Counted from the stretch's first letter, positions 38,540 through 53,306 are shown. The stretch is 64,000 nt of DNA from Octopus sinensis (GCF_006345805.1 NC_043008.1:61256001-61320000); one strand, 5' to 3'. Numbers and translations: made by a program. The notes: a model not told the origin generated them from the sequence alone.

Positions 38540-39911
38540 CGTGTGTGTGTGTGTGTATCCCTGGATTACTAAATTTTTGTCGAGAAAGCCCCAGTACGAA
38601 TCGAAATCAGGATGAAATCAGGTGAAATGTTTCCTTAACAATAGCTGCACGTAATTTATCTGTAAACTGTTGCTACTGCTAGGATTTTTGTTGTTGTGGT
38701 TGTCTTCTTCTTCTTCTTCTTCTTCGTCTTCTTCTTCTCATTTTTCTTCTTCACCAAATGGATTGGTAATATTGAAATAAAAGAGACTTACGTGGAGGTT
38801 AAGTGCATTGAGATCTCAAAGAAGATACATAAAAGAAATATAAATAACAACTGAAGCATATTATATGCGTAAGAACTTTTGAAATTTGAGAAATTACTAT
38901 AAAACATGCAACGTTGTCGAAGAGTATGGTGTAATAAAACTGAAAGATGAAACCGGAGAACAAAGCCTAATAGATGTGAAGAAAGAAGAAACTTTATTTG
39001 CTGCCGAAAAGTAATTTAGAAATTTAAAAAAATATATTTTAACTTGAATATTACTAGACTCGCTGTTTTATGGCTTCCATTGAAATTATTGTTACGTATA
39101 TTGATGTATCCTATATTTATCTCACCCGTATTAAACCTGCTAAATAAATCATCGTATAATATAAAACGATGATAAGATGATTGTAATTATGCTGCTACTG
39201 ATGATGGTTAGGATGAAGGTGATTATGCGAATGATGATATAAGGTATATTATTTTAGAGATAAATTGAACACAAGGTGAAAAGGAAAGAGAATATAAGAC
39301 TGCAATGATTTTGAATAACTGAAAAAGAACGACGTGAATTTTGAAATATTCTACCGATAATGAATGTCACATATTTTGCACTTAGAACCTTAGGCAACCA
39401 AATTCACATACAAAATTGTTTACGAAGCGTGAAGTATTCAAAGAAAAAAGAAAGTATATTATTTTGGTTGGTAGAATTCGTAGCTAGAGAGACAAGGTTT
39501 CCCAGGGACCACTTCCAAGCGATTTCACTTAAAACAATAAGTTGTTCAAAACCCGGTGAAAAGTACCAGTTTTCTCAAAACCAATCATGTGACCAGCTGG
39601 AAATAAAGGACAGTAGCACGCCGAAAATGTATACTAGTTTCTTAATAAAAGGCGATTCGCAGAAAACTATGCTGGTTTGAGAAGTGGTTTGGTCTTCAGT
39701 ACCAATACTCTTGTGTAAGTCATCCGCTAAAACAATATCTATTATTAAATATGGCATCAACTCAAACGTAGTTCTCTGATCTCACACACAAACACGCACA
39801 TTTTCTCTCTTTCTCTCCATGGTCTCATCACCCCCATCACTCTCTCTCTCTGTCTTCTGTCTCTCTCTCTGTTTCTCTCTCACTCTCTCTGACTATATAT
39901 ATAGATATGTT

Positions 39912-39949
<38 letters not shown>

Positions 39950-40071
39950 ATATAAATGTCTGAAAGCTTTTAGAGCCTTGGATTTTTTATGTCATTCTGT
40001 TAATTATATTATAATATATATATATATATATTATATATATATATATATACGTAAAGTATAATAGCCATCGT

Positions 40072-40180
40072 AATATGGCTAACCATAAGGGTGGGTGTTA
40101 CTGTAGCTTTAGCCCCAGAGATCATCGTCTCCTGGGGCTAAAAGCTACAGTAACACCCACCCTTAGTGGTTAGCCATATT
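40072..40180. repeat. Near-perfect 109-nt hairpin
   Basis: The 47-nt left arm (40072-40118) and 49-nt right arm (40132-40180) differ only by two 1-nt indels. Confidence 0.9.
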
Positions 40181-40908
40181 GAGATGTCTATTATACTTTA
40201 CGTTGTCGAGCAGTTACTGTTTACATCTCGTTCAGAGATTTATTATTGCTATATATATATATATATATATATACACATACTATAAAACAAACATATATGT
40301 CACTATGTGGAGAGAGACATGCATGAACACACATAAGCACACACAGACACAAAGACACACTCGCACACACAAACACACATATAATTTTACTACTTCCACT
40401 AACAGTAATACGAAGAGGTAGACGATGTCAAATGCGAAGATGAAGGAGAAGATGAGGAAAAGAAAAGAAATGGCCGACTTTACGCACGAGGAAATCGAAG
40501 ACAAAAAATGAACTAGAATGTCTATGGCAAGGAATTGTCAGAATTGTTACAGAATCGTTAGAATTGTTAGACTCATTATTTGCTGCTCAGCGTGATTTGC
40601 TCTGTGTCTTTTCTAAGTTGAGTTCGAATCCGGCTGGGGGTAATGTTGCTACTTATCATTTCTGAGAGAGCTAGCAGTTATGCTAGGCTTTCAAGCAACA
40701 TATCTTGCGATATGTATTTGTGTTGTGTAATTAAATTCTGCACCATGTTCTACCTTAGATACGCGTCGGTGCAGTGTTTAGTGGAGACTTACATGCATCG
40801 GCAAATGTCAGCATTTCAAGGATAATCTCGGCCAGGTATACACTTAGAAGAGCAGATGCAGGGGCATTTTTCGCCGATAGAGATCTTTTACAATATGAAA
40901 AGTTTTGT

Positions 40909-41232
40909 AAGGCGGTGAGCTGGCAGAAACGTTAGCACGCCGAGTGAAATCCTTAGAAGTATTTCGTCTGCCGCTACGTTCTGAGTTCAAATTCCGCCGA
41001 GGTCGACTTTCCCTTTCATCCTTTCGGGGTCGATGAATTAAGGACCAGTTACGCACTGGGGTCGATATAATCGACTTAATCCGTTTGTCCTCTGTGTTTA
41101 GCTCCTTGTGGGTAGTAAAGAAATAGGTATTTCCTCTGTCTTCACGATGTGAGTTCAAATTCCACCCAGGTTGACTTTGCCTTTCATCCCCTTCCTCCAA
41201 AATTTCGTGTCCTGTGCCTAGAGTAGAAAAGA
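40909..41232 (+). mobile_element. SINE-A chimera (A1 unit plus truncated unit with A2 tail)
   Basis: Full unit, then aaagaaatag|gtatttcc, then a diverged unit ending ccaaaatttcgtgtcctgtgcctagagtagaaaag. Confidence 0.8.
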
Positions 41233-41299
41233 ACATGAAAACAGTTGTATTGAATGAATATGATATTCACTAAGAATATGATGAGATTTTATCCTTTTG

Positions 41300-41490
41300 T
41301 CTTCTACTTGTTTCAGTCACCGGATTCATGCCATTCTTGGATGCCGCCTTGAAAAGCTTCGTCGAAAAATCGAACTCGGTATATGTATCAAGTCTGCTAA
41401 TGATTCTTTAAGTATTTTTTGCTAAACCGATGCAGTTAGGACGCTGTGCAAAAGCCAACATTTCTTGTCAAACGGATATACACAAACATA
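41300..41490 (-). mobile_element. Old SINE-B 3' remnant
   Basis: cttgtttcagtca...gccgccttga...cttgtcaa. Confidence 0.5.
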
Positions 41491-41936
41491 CGAACACGTA
41501 CACAGACATGCACATATGCTTATACTTACACACACACCAGATACATATGTGTATATTTATATATCTATCTATTAAACGCTCTCTCGATCTCCATCTCTCG
41601 CTCTCTCTTTCTCTACACACACACAAATACATATATACATATATATGTATATATATATAATATATATATATTATATATATAATATATATAATATATATAC
41701 ATACACATACACACATTCATACCTACATACATACATACATACATGCATCCATACATGCATACATACATACATTCATACATACATACATACATAACAGTTG
41801 TTGAGTGTCCCAGCCCGATGCTTGATGTGTCGAAACAATTGTCGTGATTAATTATAATTCTCGTACATTCCATCATCCGCCTTTCATTGCCATATATATA
41901 TATGTGTGTGTGCGTGTGTGTTTGTGTGTGTGTATG

Positions 41937-41972
<36 letters not shown>

Positions 41973-42785
41973 ATAGATATATATATATATATATATATAT
42001 ACGTGTGTGTGTATATGTATGTATATATATATATATAATAAGGACAGAACGCTTACCAGCTGTTTGCGTATACGAAACTCACACGCTAGTCATTGCTCGT
42101 CCACGGGATAGAATAGTTTACTCTAGGTCGAGATTTCAAGGTCTACTAGACAGACCCTTGAAACGAATTGGTAGCAGAACGAGGAACTTAACCGTGTAGC
42201 CTTGTTTTGTAGGGAACCCGGTGCCAGGTGTGCACATTTAAGCCCTAACGAGTGGTCATCATGGAATAACGGAGGTCTTATATGATATGATAAACAAACG
42301 TATCGGAATACGTCTACGTTGTTGACGACGATGATGATGGTGATAATGATGATGATGACGATGATGTAGAATCAGATAATCTGAAATGCAATTATGAAGG
42401 GCAGGAGGTAAAGAAGAAGGATCAGAATACATTGCAAATACTTTGATAATAATGCTCCTCATCAAGATACGGGGAAGAAATACGTGGATGCGATGATGAA
42501 GTGAATATTGGTTATTTAAGATTTTGCATCAAGCTTGATACGTAATTTATTTTAGCAGCAATAAATTCTGACATGTTTTACTCGAATATTAAATGAGCTA
42601 GTTTGGTTTATGTTGAATTATGATTTTCCTACATTCCATCTCTCTATTCATATATCTTAGCATCTATGTTTGTTTGTCTCTATTTGAACGTCCCTTTCAA
42701 TATATGGAGATACAGGATATATATATAATATATATATGATTATATATATATATATATATGTGGGGTGTGTGTGTATGTATGTATG

Positions 42786-42816
<31 letters not shown>

Positions 42817-42970
42817 GTATATGTGTGTATGCGTGTGTGTTGGGTGTGTGTGGTGTGTATATATATATATTTATATATATATATACACGTATATATATAT
42901 ATACACGTATTATAATATATTTTTCTAACCTAGTTACAAGCCCATTATTATTATATATATATATATGTGT

Positions 42971-43003
<33 letters not shown>

Positions 43004-44341
43004 CTGATGTGCGCACTATTAGTAGTATTAGATTTTTACAAAACCGTTTATCATCTGTATAACATACTGAATGTAAATTTATCCTACCTTGGAAATTGAT
43101 TCGGCTATTAGTCCAAAGATAATATCTCTAATGTCGGTACTGCCTTTAAAAACACAAAATATTCCGCAAGCAGACGAAAATCATCCCAGCTGCGGTCAGT
43201 GAAAATACTTGATAGATTTCCGCCTCTCTGGGCACTTTCAGCATAAGTTATTCCCAGCAATCTATATATGTTATAACTTATCCATAAAACAGCCATTTTC
43301 TGTATGATACATACACTGCTATTTGAAAATAATACAGCTTCGGTTGCACATAACGAAATATTCATTCAGCCAGGTTGCTACTGCGAAACCAATGACTGAT
43401 TATGCACTGTTTTCAAATATATCGGTAATAAAAAAAAATATTTCGACAGAGCATGCTGGTTGGTAATAAACGTTATTGAAAATGCCCAATGAGGCAGAAA
43501 TTCATCTAACACTCTTCCTGGCTGCTTCTGGAGCGATTTTCGTCCCAATCTGATATACTTTTTTTAAAGATATACGCATACATATACATAGATCTACACA
43601 TATACTAATACACATCCTCATGCGCGCACACACACATTCACACATACATACACACCACACACACACACACACACACAAGCATATACACGTATACTGAGTT
43701 GTTAAACAAAGTATGTACATAACAGTTATTATAACTGAACAAGTAACTTAGTAAATCTTTACGTATTTACTTTAGATATGAGACAGACGTTGCTATTATA
43801 ACACAGACACATATACACTCATGCACATACAAACATGCTTATACACGCATACACACATGCATATATAAGCATACGTTTATACACTGACACATATCCATGC
43901 CCTCACGTAGAAATATACGCCCGCATACAAATGTATGTAATATGTTTACAGCGTATCTTGCAATTATAATACATAAACAGATTCATATTTGTGTAAATGT
44001 ACTCACGTGACATGTGTGTGCATGTGTGTGCATGTGTGGGTGTAGGTTGCAATGTAGGTATATTCATGTAATGTAAGCATATTTACATTTCTGTCTTTTA
44101 CTCTTGTGATTTTCATGTAATTTGATAAAGTTTCGTTTGTTTGTGTAAATGCTATGCATTTTTAGCAGGAACGATTTGAATGTGACTACAGATTTAATAC
44201 AAAAAATTGTGTTTGATATGGTCGATTAAATACGTGAATGTGATGTCCTACAATAAATATCGTGAAATTGCTGAAGACAGCTACGTAACTATGTACGTAT
44301 GTATGTATGCGTATATCTATCTATCTATCTATCTATCTATA

Positions 44342-44410
<69 letters not shown>

Positions 44411-45734
44411 TTATCTGTCTACCAATCTAATGATTTATCTGAGAGTTCTCTGTAAACGGCGAGCACCTCTTAATCCTAAGTATTGTTTCGGTTACCTGTG
44501 TTCGTCTGAATAGAATGACGAATTCCATTCCGTAGCTGCTTATCGTGTACCTTTAAAGAAAAAGGCTTGTGTCATTTCTAGAAATATTTTAAGAATAATA
44601 CCTCAAGAAACGATTAATTTCGACTGAATTTTTGGGATATATTGTGTTGCATCCCGTTGGAGAAACGAAAGCAAGAAAAATAATTTGACTGATGTTAATT
44701 ATATATGATCCCTATAGTATGCATGAGCAATTGTCTCGTTTGGATATTTTACTGAAGAGCTTTCTCTTTTATTGTTAGGATAATTATTACCCATGTAGCT
44801 GCTATGATTTTCCAACTATCTCATGCTTTCTGTTTCTTATATGTCCCTGAGGTTTCAACTAACTAGAGCATTATAATTCATATTAAGTGGTAAAACCTGT
44901 AGATGACAGCGACGTTTCGTTGACAGTTTTATACTTGTAGCAACATCGGTTCTCCATTGAAAATATTTTAATCTCATAAAGTTATTGCTGACAGTACTTC
45001 AATTTCATAAGGTTAGTGCCCTACAAGGAAATTATTTTGTGGCTGTTGTGGGGGCGACCTGGGTATTCTTCAATTAAAAAACAAAGGTATTATATTAACA
45101 TAAGTAAAATCATAATAAAAACAAAAAAAAAACGGATTTTCCAGGGTTAAGAGAGGGAAAACTAAAGAGAGGGGTAATTCCATGAGATTGGCAGGAAAAT
45201 AAGAAATCGGGGAATGTGAAAGGGGAAATAAGAAATATATATATACAAACTGTAATGATACAGGACACTGAGGAATATATCTTATGAATAAGAGGAATAA
45301 CAGGTAAACACAATAAGATATTCTGATACATAAAAAAGAGAAAGACAGTGAGGTGGTGGGAGTAATGACAACAAAAAGACTAGAAAAAAAACTTAATATT
45401 TTCAACGTTGTTTTCGTTTATGTGAACAGAACATGATTATAAAATTAACTCGTAATTTTTAATATTGAAAACAACTAGTAATGGCGGGTCATGATGCAAA
45501 TTTATTCTCTGTGTGTTTAATATCAGACAAAAGGCCGATAACATTATAATTGGGAGATTATCTTCGCCCAGTTTGCATTCGACGGTTGATTTCTGTAGTA
45601 CTTTTGAGTATATTTTGGCGATTTAAATAAGTTTTGACTGTTATTTTGAGGAGGTAAACATTCTTAGTATGTCCTTTGATTAACGAAATATATGGTGTGT
45701 GTGTGTGTGTGTGTGTGTCTGTGTGTGCGATTGG

Positions 45735-46070
45735 TGGTGTGGTGTTGACAATTGGAGTTGATGTAATTGACTAACACACTTTCTCCGAAATTGCAGGCCT
45801 TGTGCCAAAATTTCAAATCGGTACTTGATGTTTGGTGAAGGCGTCGAGCTTACAAAGTCTTTCACTCGTCGGGAAAAAAATACTTCGCTGCATTTCGTCC
45901 GTTATTACGTTCCGAGTTCAAAATCTAACAAGGTCGACTTTGCCTTTTAACTCTTCCAGTATATGGGGCGATGAAATAAATACCAGTTGAACACTGAGAT
46001 CCGTGTTCAATTGACTTATCCCCATCCCCGAATTTACTGTCAGTGTGCCAAAATTTGAAATCAGAATTAG
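45735..46070 (+). mobile_element. Two old SINE-A remnants (45735-45830, 45885-46070)
   Basis: gatgtaattgact...ggccttgtgccaaaattt and gagttcaaaatc...ggtcgactttgcctttt. Confidence 0.55.
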
Positions 46071-46433
46071 ATACTCGGCAATAAGTAACAATGTAAACAA
46101 CTTTTGATGAATGAGAGGAAACGAAGCAAGCATGAAAAACTGCAATGAATTTTTGTTTTTAGAATTATGTTCTAGCAATAATTTCTAGTATTCAGTTTCA
46201 TTCGTATGTTATAACACGTATATCGTATTTAGATCAAATATGTGAATATATGTATATGGATGTTTATGCGTATTTTTTTTCTGTTTACAATGTTTCGGGT
46301 TTCATGTACAGAAACGTATATATGTGGAGATGCCTGTCCCTAAACTGAGGTTTATTTGCACATACATACAGTAATATATGTGCGTCCGTCTGTGTGAAAC
46401 GTGCAGTCAACGAACTATATGATAATACATGAA

Positions 46434-46480
<47 letters not shown>

Positions 46481-47060
46481 ATCTATCTATCTATCTATCT
46501 ATATATATATATATATATACTATATTATATATATATATATATAATATATATATCTGTAGGTATATATTGGGATATATATATAATATATATATATGTATGT
46601 GTGTATATGATGAATATATATATGTATATATATATATATATAATATATATATATATAATTTCATATGTCATTGAACTCTCAAGGTAACATGTTCCCTCTC
46701 CCTTTCTTGTTTTTTTCTCACGTCATATATATATTATATATATATATTACGGCATATATATATTAGAGAGAGAGAGAGAGAAAGAGAGAAAGGGAAAGAG
46801 ATGGTTGATTGATTAGCATAGAATCTAATACTCCTAGAATAACATATATGCACTTCGTTAATTTCAGATTGATACGTTTTTCGATGCGTTTTAAATCAAT
46901 TACAATCTATACGCATGCAATTTATTACGATGTTCAAAATAGTGTACGCTCAAACATAAGCACACATTTATATATGTGGGTGTATGCATGTGTATATATT
47001 GCACACACACACACACACCATATATTTCGTTAATCAAAGGACATACTAAGAATGTCTACC

Positions 47061-47293
47061 TATTTCTTTATTACCCACATGGGACTAAACACAGAGGGGA
47101 CAAACAAGGACAGACATAGGTATTAAGTCGATTATATCGACCCCAGTGCCTAACTGGTACTTAATTTATCGACCCCGAAAGGATGAAAGGCAAAGTCGAC
47201 CTCGGCGGAATTTGAACTCACAACGTAACGGCAGACGAAATACCGCTAAGCAATTCGCCCGGTGTGCTCACGTTTCTGCCAGCTCGCCGCCTT
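47061..47293 (-). mobile_element. SINE-A monomer inserted into one arm of a long inverted repeat
   Basis: Full-length copy. TSD taagaatgtctac(c) at 47047-47060, present twice on the right side (47295-47307, 47308-47321). Confidence 0.9.
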
Positions 47294-47574
47294 GTAAGAA
47301 TGTCTACTAAGAATGTCTACCTCCTCAAAATAACAGTCAAAACTTATTTAAATCGCCAAAATATACTGAAAATTACTACAGAAACCAACCGTCGAAGGCA
47401 AACGGGCGAAGATAATCTCCAATATAGATTTAAGTATGTGGTCTCACGTGCATCGCATTCTACACTGGCAAAAATAGACCCAGCTTCTTCCGCACGCGTT
47501 ATCATGATAGAGGCTCTCACGCCGTCGTCTTGAAGTCTGTTCTGCAACGGATTCGTTTTGCGCCGAAATCATCG

Positions 47575-48253
47575 CAGCCACCAGTGTGAGAATAATTTCA
47601 ATACGGAGCAAATGACTCACGAGAAAAAATAATTCACATAAAGAACATCTTTCACCTGCGCTGCCTCCGGAAAATCCTCCGCATCAAATGGCAGAATCAT
47701 ATCCCCAACAAAGATGTCCCCAAGCAAGCAGGAATACCAAGCATGTTTGCACTCCTCACACAAAGGCGTATGAGATGGCTTGGCCATGTTAGCCGTATGA
47801 AAGAAGGCAGAATCCCCAAGGACATATGCTACGGAGAGCTAGCTAGGGGTAATAGGTCTGTGAGAAGACCGTTCTTACGTTACAAGGATGTTTGCAAAAG
47901 GGACGTGAAGGCCTGCAACATCAATATCAGCAGTTTGGAGGCGGTTGCCGGCAACCGTGGAGATTGGTGACGTACCGTAAAAGAGGGAATACAAAGGAGT
48001 GACAGAGAGAGAGAGGAGAAATGGAAAGACAGGAAAAGACGTCAACAAGAAACTATGACATTACGACCAGCCAGGAACGGTCTTCGCTACATTTGTGGTA
48101 TGGTACCTGCCAGAGGGAGTGTTTGTCCAGGATAGGACTACACAGCCACAGCAGGAAATGTATCAGGACATGAAATGTAAAAGCCGGACTAGACTATTTT
48201 ATGCGCAACTCCATTGTCTCCCGAGACAAAAAGGATGCCAACCAACCAACCAA
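47575..48253 (+). mobile_element. RTE-BovB-like LINE, 5'-truncated 3' end
   Basis: FHLRCLRKILRIKWQNHIPNKDV...QRRMRWLGHVSRMKEGRIPKDICYGELARGNRSVRRPFLRYKDVCKRD, then stops and frameshifts, ending in a (CCAA)n tail at 48238-48253. Confidence 0.9.
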
Positions 48254-48261
48254 TATATATA

Positions 48262-49143
<882 letters not shown>

Positions 49144-49491
49144 GTATATGTATATATGTATGTATGTATGTATATGTATATATATATATATACATAGGTA
49201 TTATAGATATTATAAAATTATGATTCCGTTATACTAGGTGTTTCCATAATTTTGTCCAACCTCTGCATATGCATGAGTTTTGCTGAGTAGTAAGACGTGT
49301 TCTTCCCAACTACATGGTTCCAGCTTTAGTCCAACTTCGTGATAACTAATATATACCAAAGCTGACGAGTCTATGTGAGAGAAATATTGAAAGTGCGTCA
49401 CAATGTATGTGTGTGTGTGTGTGTGTGCAATTATATGTATATATATATATATTTATATACATACATACATATATATATATGTGTGCATATG

Positions 49492-49742
49492 TAGGTGGTC
49501 TGATCAGTAATTATCCGGTCTGTTGCCATAATAACGAAGCGAAAGCACGCAGAAGGAAGCCATTTGGCTCAGATTTACCGTGAATTCTGTTGTGCATGCG
49601 CACTATCTTGTAATGCCCCAGCCCGCTTTGGCTGTTTACAGCAGTGCTTTGCAGAAAGGTGTGTAGCGTGAGATCATCGCATTAACGATGACAGAGAAAA
49701 TTGAGCAGAGGATCTGCATAAAATTTGGCCAAAACCTGCTCA
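49492..49742 (+). mobile_element. mariner transposon 5' end (TIR-like start plus transposase N-terminus)
   Basis: TA followed by ggtggtctgatcagtaattatccgg. MTEKIEQRICIKF from 49688 matches the mariner N-terminal EQRxCIKF motif. Truncated after that. Confidence 0.75.
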
Positions 49743-49841
49743 GGGATCAACACAAATTTTTCAAAAAGTTTTCATCCTTCTCGACACAATCACGGATATC
49801 TTGTGCAAGTGAAACCGGCGTGAATGTTTGGTCAACTGAAA

Positions 49842-49874
<33 letters not shown>

Positions 49875-49880
<6 letters not shown>

Positions 49881-50690
49881 GTGATAGGTTAATTGTCGCC
49901 ATGTTATTTATAATTAGTTTCGTGCATGCGCATCGTCTGTTTTTGATTCTTTCAACTACACAGTATTGTAGAGTCAGTCGGTCACCGTCTATGAGAAATA
50001 CAGCACCATGACGCGATTCAGTCAGTCAGAAATTTGGAAACGACATCCTGTACTGCTTGGCATTCTCGACTGAAGCTTCAATACGAACATTTCAGAGTGT
50101 TTGTGTGTCAATATGAGGACCGCTCAATTTGAGGACATGTACCGAGAATGAAAAAAATCAAACATCCAATAAACATCATGGTGTTTGGAGTGGGCACTGG
50201 TGGTGAAGACGTTATATCTTAATTCCTCTTCCAGCACGGCCTCAAACTCAACAGGGAGGCCTACATTAAGTATAGTGGGGAGTTATTGCTACTCTGCGTC
50301 AAGAGTGTGGCTGCTGGAATACCCTATATCTTACCACAGAGGCAAGAGTTTCCAGTCAATTTCAACAACCAAATCCCCTCAAACATCTGGCCACTTAACT
50401 CCCCAGACTGCAGCTACCTTGATTATTATGTTTGGGGCACAGCTGAGCAAGTGACCCACAAAATTCCTTGTAACACCAAAGATGAACTGAAGGCAAGGAT
50501 TATGACAACTTTCACCAACTTAATGAGACGGTCCAGAAGAGTTGCAGGATATTCCGAAGTTGTCTGGAAGCCGTGGTAGAAGCGAATGGTGATTATATTG
50601 AATAACCTTTCTCTTTGTTATTTCAAGATATTTTATGTAATTTAGGCGTCAGTGTATTCACCACAACCTCTGTGAGCGCGTGTGTGTGTA
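49875..50690 (+). mobile_element. Internally deleted maT/DD37D-type Tc1-mariner transposase pseudogene
   Basis: N-terminus MTRFSQSEIWKRHPVLLGI at 50008, then KHPINIMVFGV, IWPLNSPDCSYLDYYVWG, TKDELKARIM and CLEAVVEANGDYIE*, interrupted by stops and frameshifts. Confidence 0.85.
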
Positions 50691-51439
50691 TACATATACA
50701 TTTAATATGTCTATATATATATATTATATATATATATATATACACATATTTAAATGTATATATATGTATATGTATATAATATAATATATATATATATTAT
50801 ATATATAACTACATGCGTGTGTGTATTTCATGTCATAAATATATATGCATATATATATATATTATATATAATATATTTATATATATATATTGTATACGTA
50901 CATACACACATATATGTATTTAAATGTAAATATCTATGTATATATATACTTATATATGCATATATATACGCATACATATACATATGCTTACGCACAAATA
51001 CACAAACATACACACATCTGCTTCCGTTTCTACATACTTCACTAATTCTGCGGACGTCAAAGCATTATTGAAAAGACTGTATAAGATACAGATAAATTTA
51101 TTAAACCTATTCTGTGACTAAATGATTAATATATTTTCTAAATTTGTTCTTAAGAAATCTTTTGGATTTAAAACGAGTAAGATTCTTCTATTAGCTAAAT
51201 GATAAATTGCAATTAATATCATATACAATACGATAGGTCAGAGCTTTGTTTTTTTGTGCCAGGTTGTAGGTCATTACGAAATGATAATGCCATAGTTGGA
51301 AATGAAAGTGAAAGTCAATAAAATCAAAATAGGAACAGTGTCTGTTGATTACAAGGCATTTTTTGTGTGTTTGTTTTGACATCAATAAAATTGATGTTGA
51401 TTATAGTGCTGATGGAGATTATCACGATCGTGGTGGCAA

Positions 51440-51925
51440 TGGTGATGGTGATGGTGGCATTGATGATGATGGTGATGATGATGAGGAGGAGGAGGGGAAG
51501 GGAGGAGGTGTAAGAGTAGGGGAGTAGGAGGGGAGTGGAGGAAGACGGGGAGTACGAGTTGGCGGTTGATAGTGGCCGGCGTTGGTGTTGGTGTTGGTAT
51601 TGGTGTTGGTAATGCTGATAGTGCTGTTAGTGTTGGAGGGATGATGATAACGAGGACGACGACGAGACGAGACGAGACGAGAACGATGAAGATAAAGATA
51701 AACGAGAACGACGACGAAGCTGATGCGGATCACCGTGACGACGATGACTGCGACGACGATACACGGCATGATGACGACGATGAGGAAGCTGCCACTGGGA
51801 TTAACGGTGATGATAAAGATCATGAGAGAATGTTGGCAATTTTGATGGTGATGATGATGATTGTGATGTTAATGATGATGATGAAGATGGTGATGATTAT
51901 GATGGTGGTGGTGATGATGATGATG

Positions 51926-51976
<51 letters not shown>

Positions 51977-52205
51977 ATGATGATGATGGAGCTGATGATG
52001 ATGATGATGATAATGATGATGGTAATGATGATGATAATGATGATGATGGTGATAATGATGATTATGGTGATGATAATGATGATGATGGTGATGATGATGA
52101 CGATAATAATGATGATGATAATGATGATGATGATGGTGATATGATGATGGTGATGGTGATGATGACGATGATGATGATTAACACGACGACGATGGCAACG
52201 ACTAT
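51440..52205. repeat. Degenerate (GAT)n/(GGT)n/(GAC)n low-complexity tract
   Basis: Read directly. Source of the 192-aa poly-Met ORF. Confidence 0.95.
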
Positions 52206-52646
52206 GACGACAAAGAAAAATGATGGAGGTGTTAATGGTGATGATGTTTAATACTGATGATGCTGTTTTGTTTTAATTTAATTTTTATTCATTTATTCCT
52301 CTTTTAGTGTTTACTGATATTTCGTAAATATTTGCTTATATTCATTAGACCGATTTTCATTAAGGTAATCCAATACTATATAGCCTTCGATTTATACTAT
52401 TTTAGTTATTTTCATTTCCATTTATAACAGTATCTTTTCATTATTGATGTGAGCAATTGATCCTCTTTACTCTATTATTTTATTTAATGAATGTAATTCG
52501 CTAAAAGTATATATATGTGGGTTGAGTGTGCTTGTATCTCTATATACGTAAACTCCACCGCATGAACTAAGTGGGCATTACGGACTACTCAATATTGAAA
52601 ATGGGCAGTTATATTTATACTTATAATTTAACTTTTCCTTTATTCT

Positions 52647-52955
52647 GAGTACGAAAATAGCACGGTTATGGAAAATGAAGAAGGTGAAGATAGTGTTAGT
52701 TATTGTTCGTTCCCTAGAAACAGTATCAAAAGACATCAAAAGAAATATAAAGAAAATTAGAACAGAGTGCCCAGTAGAAATGTTACAAAATGTTTAGCTC
52801 CTGGCACGGCCAGAATAATCAGGAAAGTATTAAAAATTAGATTGCTGAAAAGAACGAATAGCATGGTACTGTGGGCTGCAGGTAGTAAGCCCTCTACGCC
52901 TGCAAGAGTTCAACAAAACCTGTGATAAGCAGGAAAATAACATTAATAATGATAA

Positions 52956-53008
<53 letters not shown>

Positions 53009-53031
53009 GTAATAATAACAACAACAATAAC

Positions 53032-53070
<39 letters not shown>
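52647..53070 (+). mobile_element. R4/Dong-clade (RLE) non-LTR retrotransposon 3' end abutting an (AAT)n array
   Basis: KIARLWKMKKVKIVLVIVRSLETVSK...ECPVEMLQ / CLAPGTARIIRKVL matches the R4/Dong C-terminal pattern LWxxKxxxxPxxxGALG...LQKxxLLGTARIxRKVL. (AAT)n follows at ~52945-53070. Confidence 0.75.
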
Positions 53071-53263
53071 CGGATTGATATTTTCAGCCATTCTTCTTTT
53101 TATATTATATGAGTGTGTTTGTGTGTGTGCGTGTGTGTGTGCGTGCGTGTGCAAATGTATTTATCTATATACAGATAGACATAGACATATACATACATAT
53201 ATACAACAATGCGTGAATATGTATATATATATATGTTTATATATATATATATATATTATATAT

Positions 53264-53306
<43 letters not shown>

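Larger units (their letters stand above)
45546..47426. repeat. Long inverted repeat (~165-nt arms: 45546-45710 vs 47002-47060 plus 47308-47426)
   Basis: The arms align as reverse complements with only a handful of differences once the SINE at 47061-47307 is removed. Confidence 0.85.

Noticed and set aside
39360-39680. 106-aa non-repetitive ORF
   Set aside because: No recognisable motif, and ORFs of this length are expected occasionally by chance in this much sequence.
41795-41850. GAAACAATTGTC (hammerhead stem III-like)
   Set aside because: No pairing stem I or II upstream.
42135-42165. Hairpin tttcaaggtct...agacccttgaaa
   Set aside because: A short isolated stem with no ribozyme core or terminator context.
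49346-49400. CTGACGAG...GAAA motif
   Set aside because: No stem I, and it lies in a decayed SINE-B segment (gaccaaagccttgtgagt equivalent).
51566-52144. 192-aa Met-rich ORF (possible reflectin-like protein)
   Set aside because: Pure (ATG/GAT)n translation with no reflectin M/FDxxxxxMDxxxxx Tyr/Arg-rich motifs.
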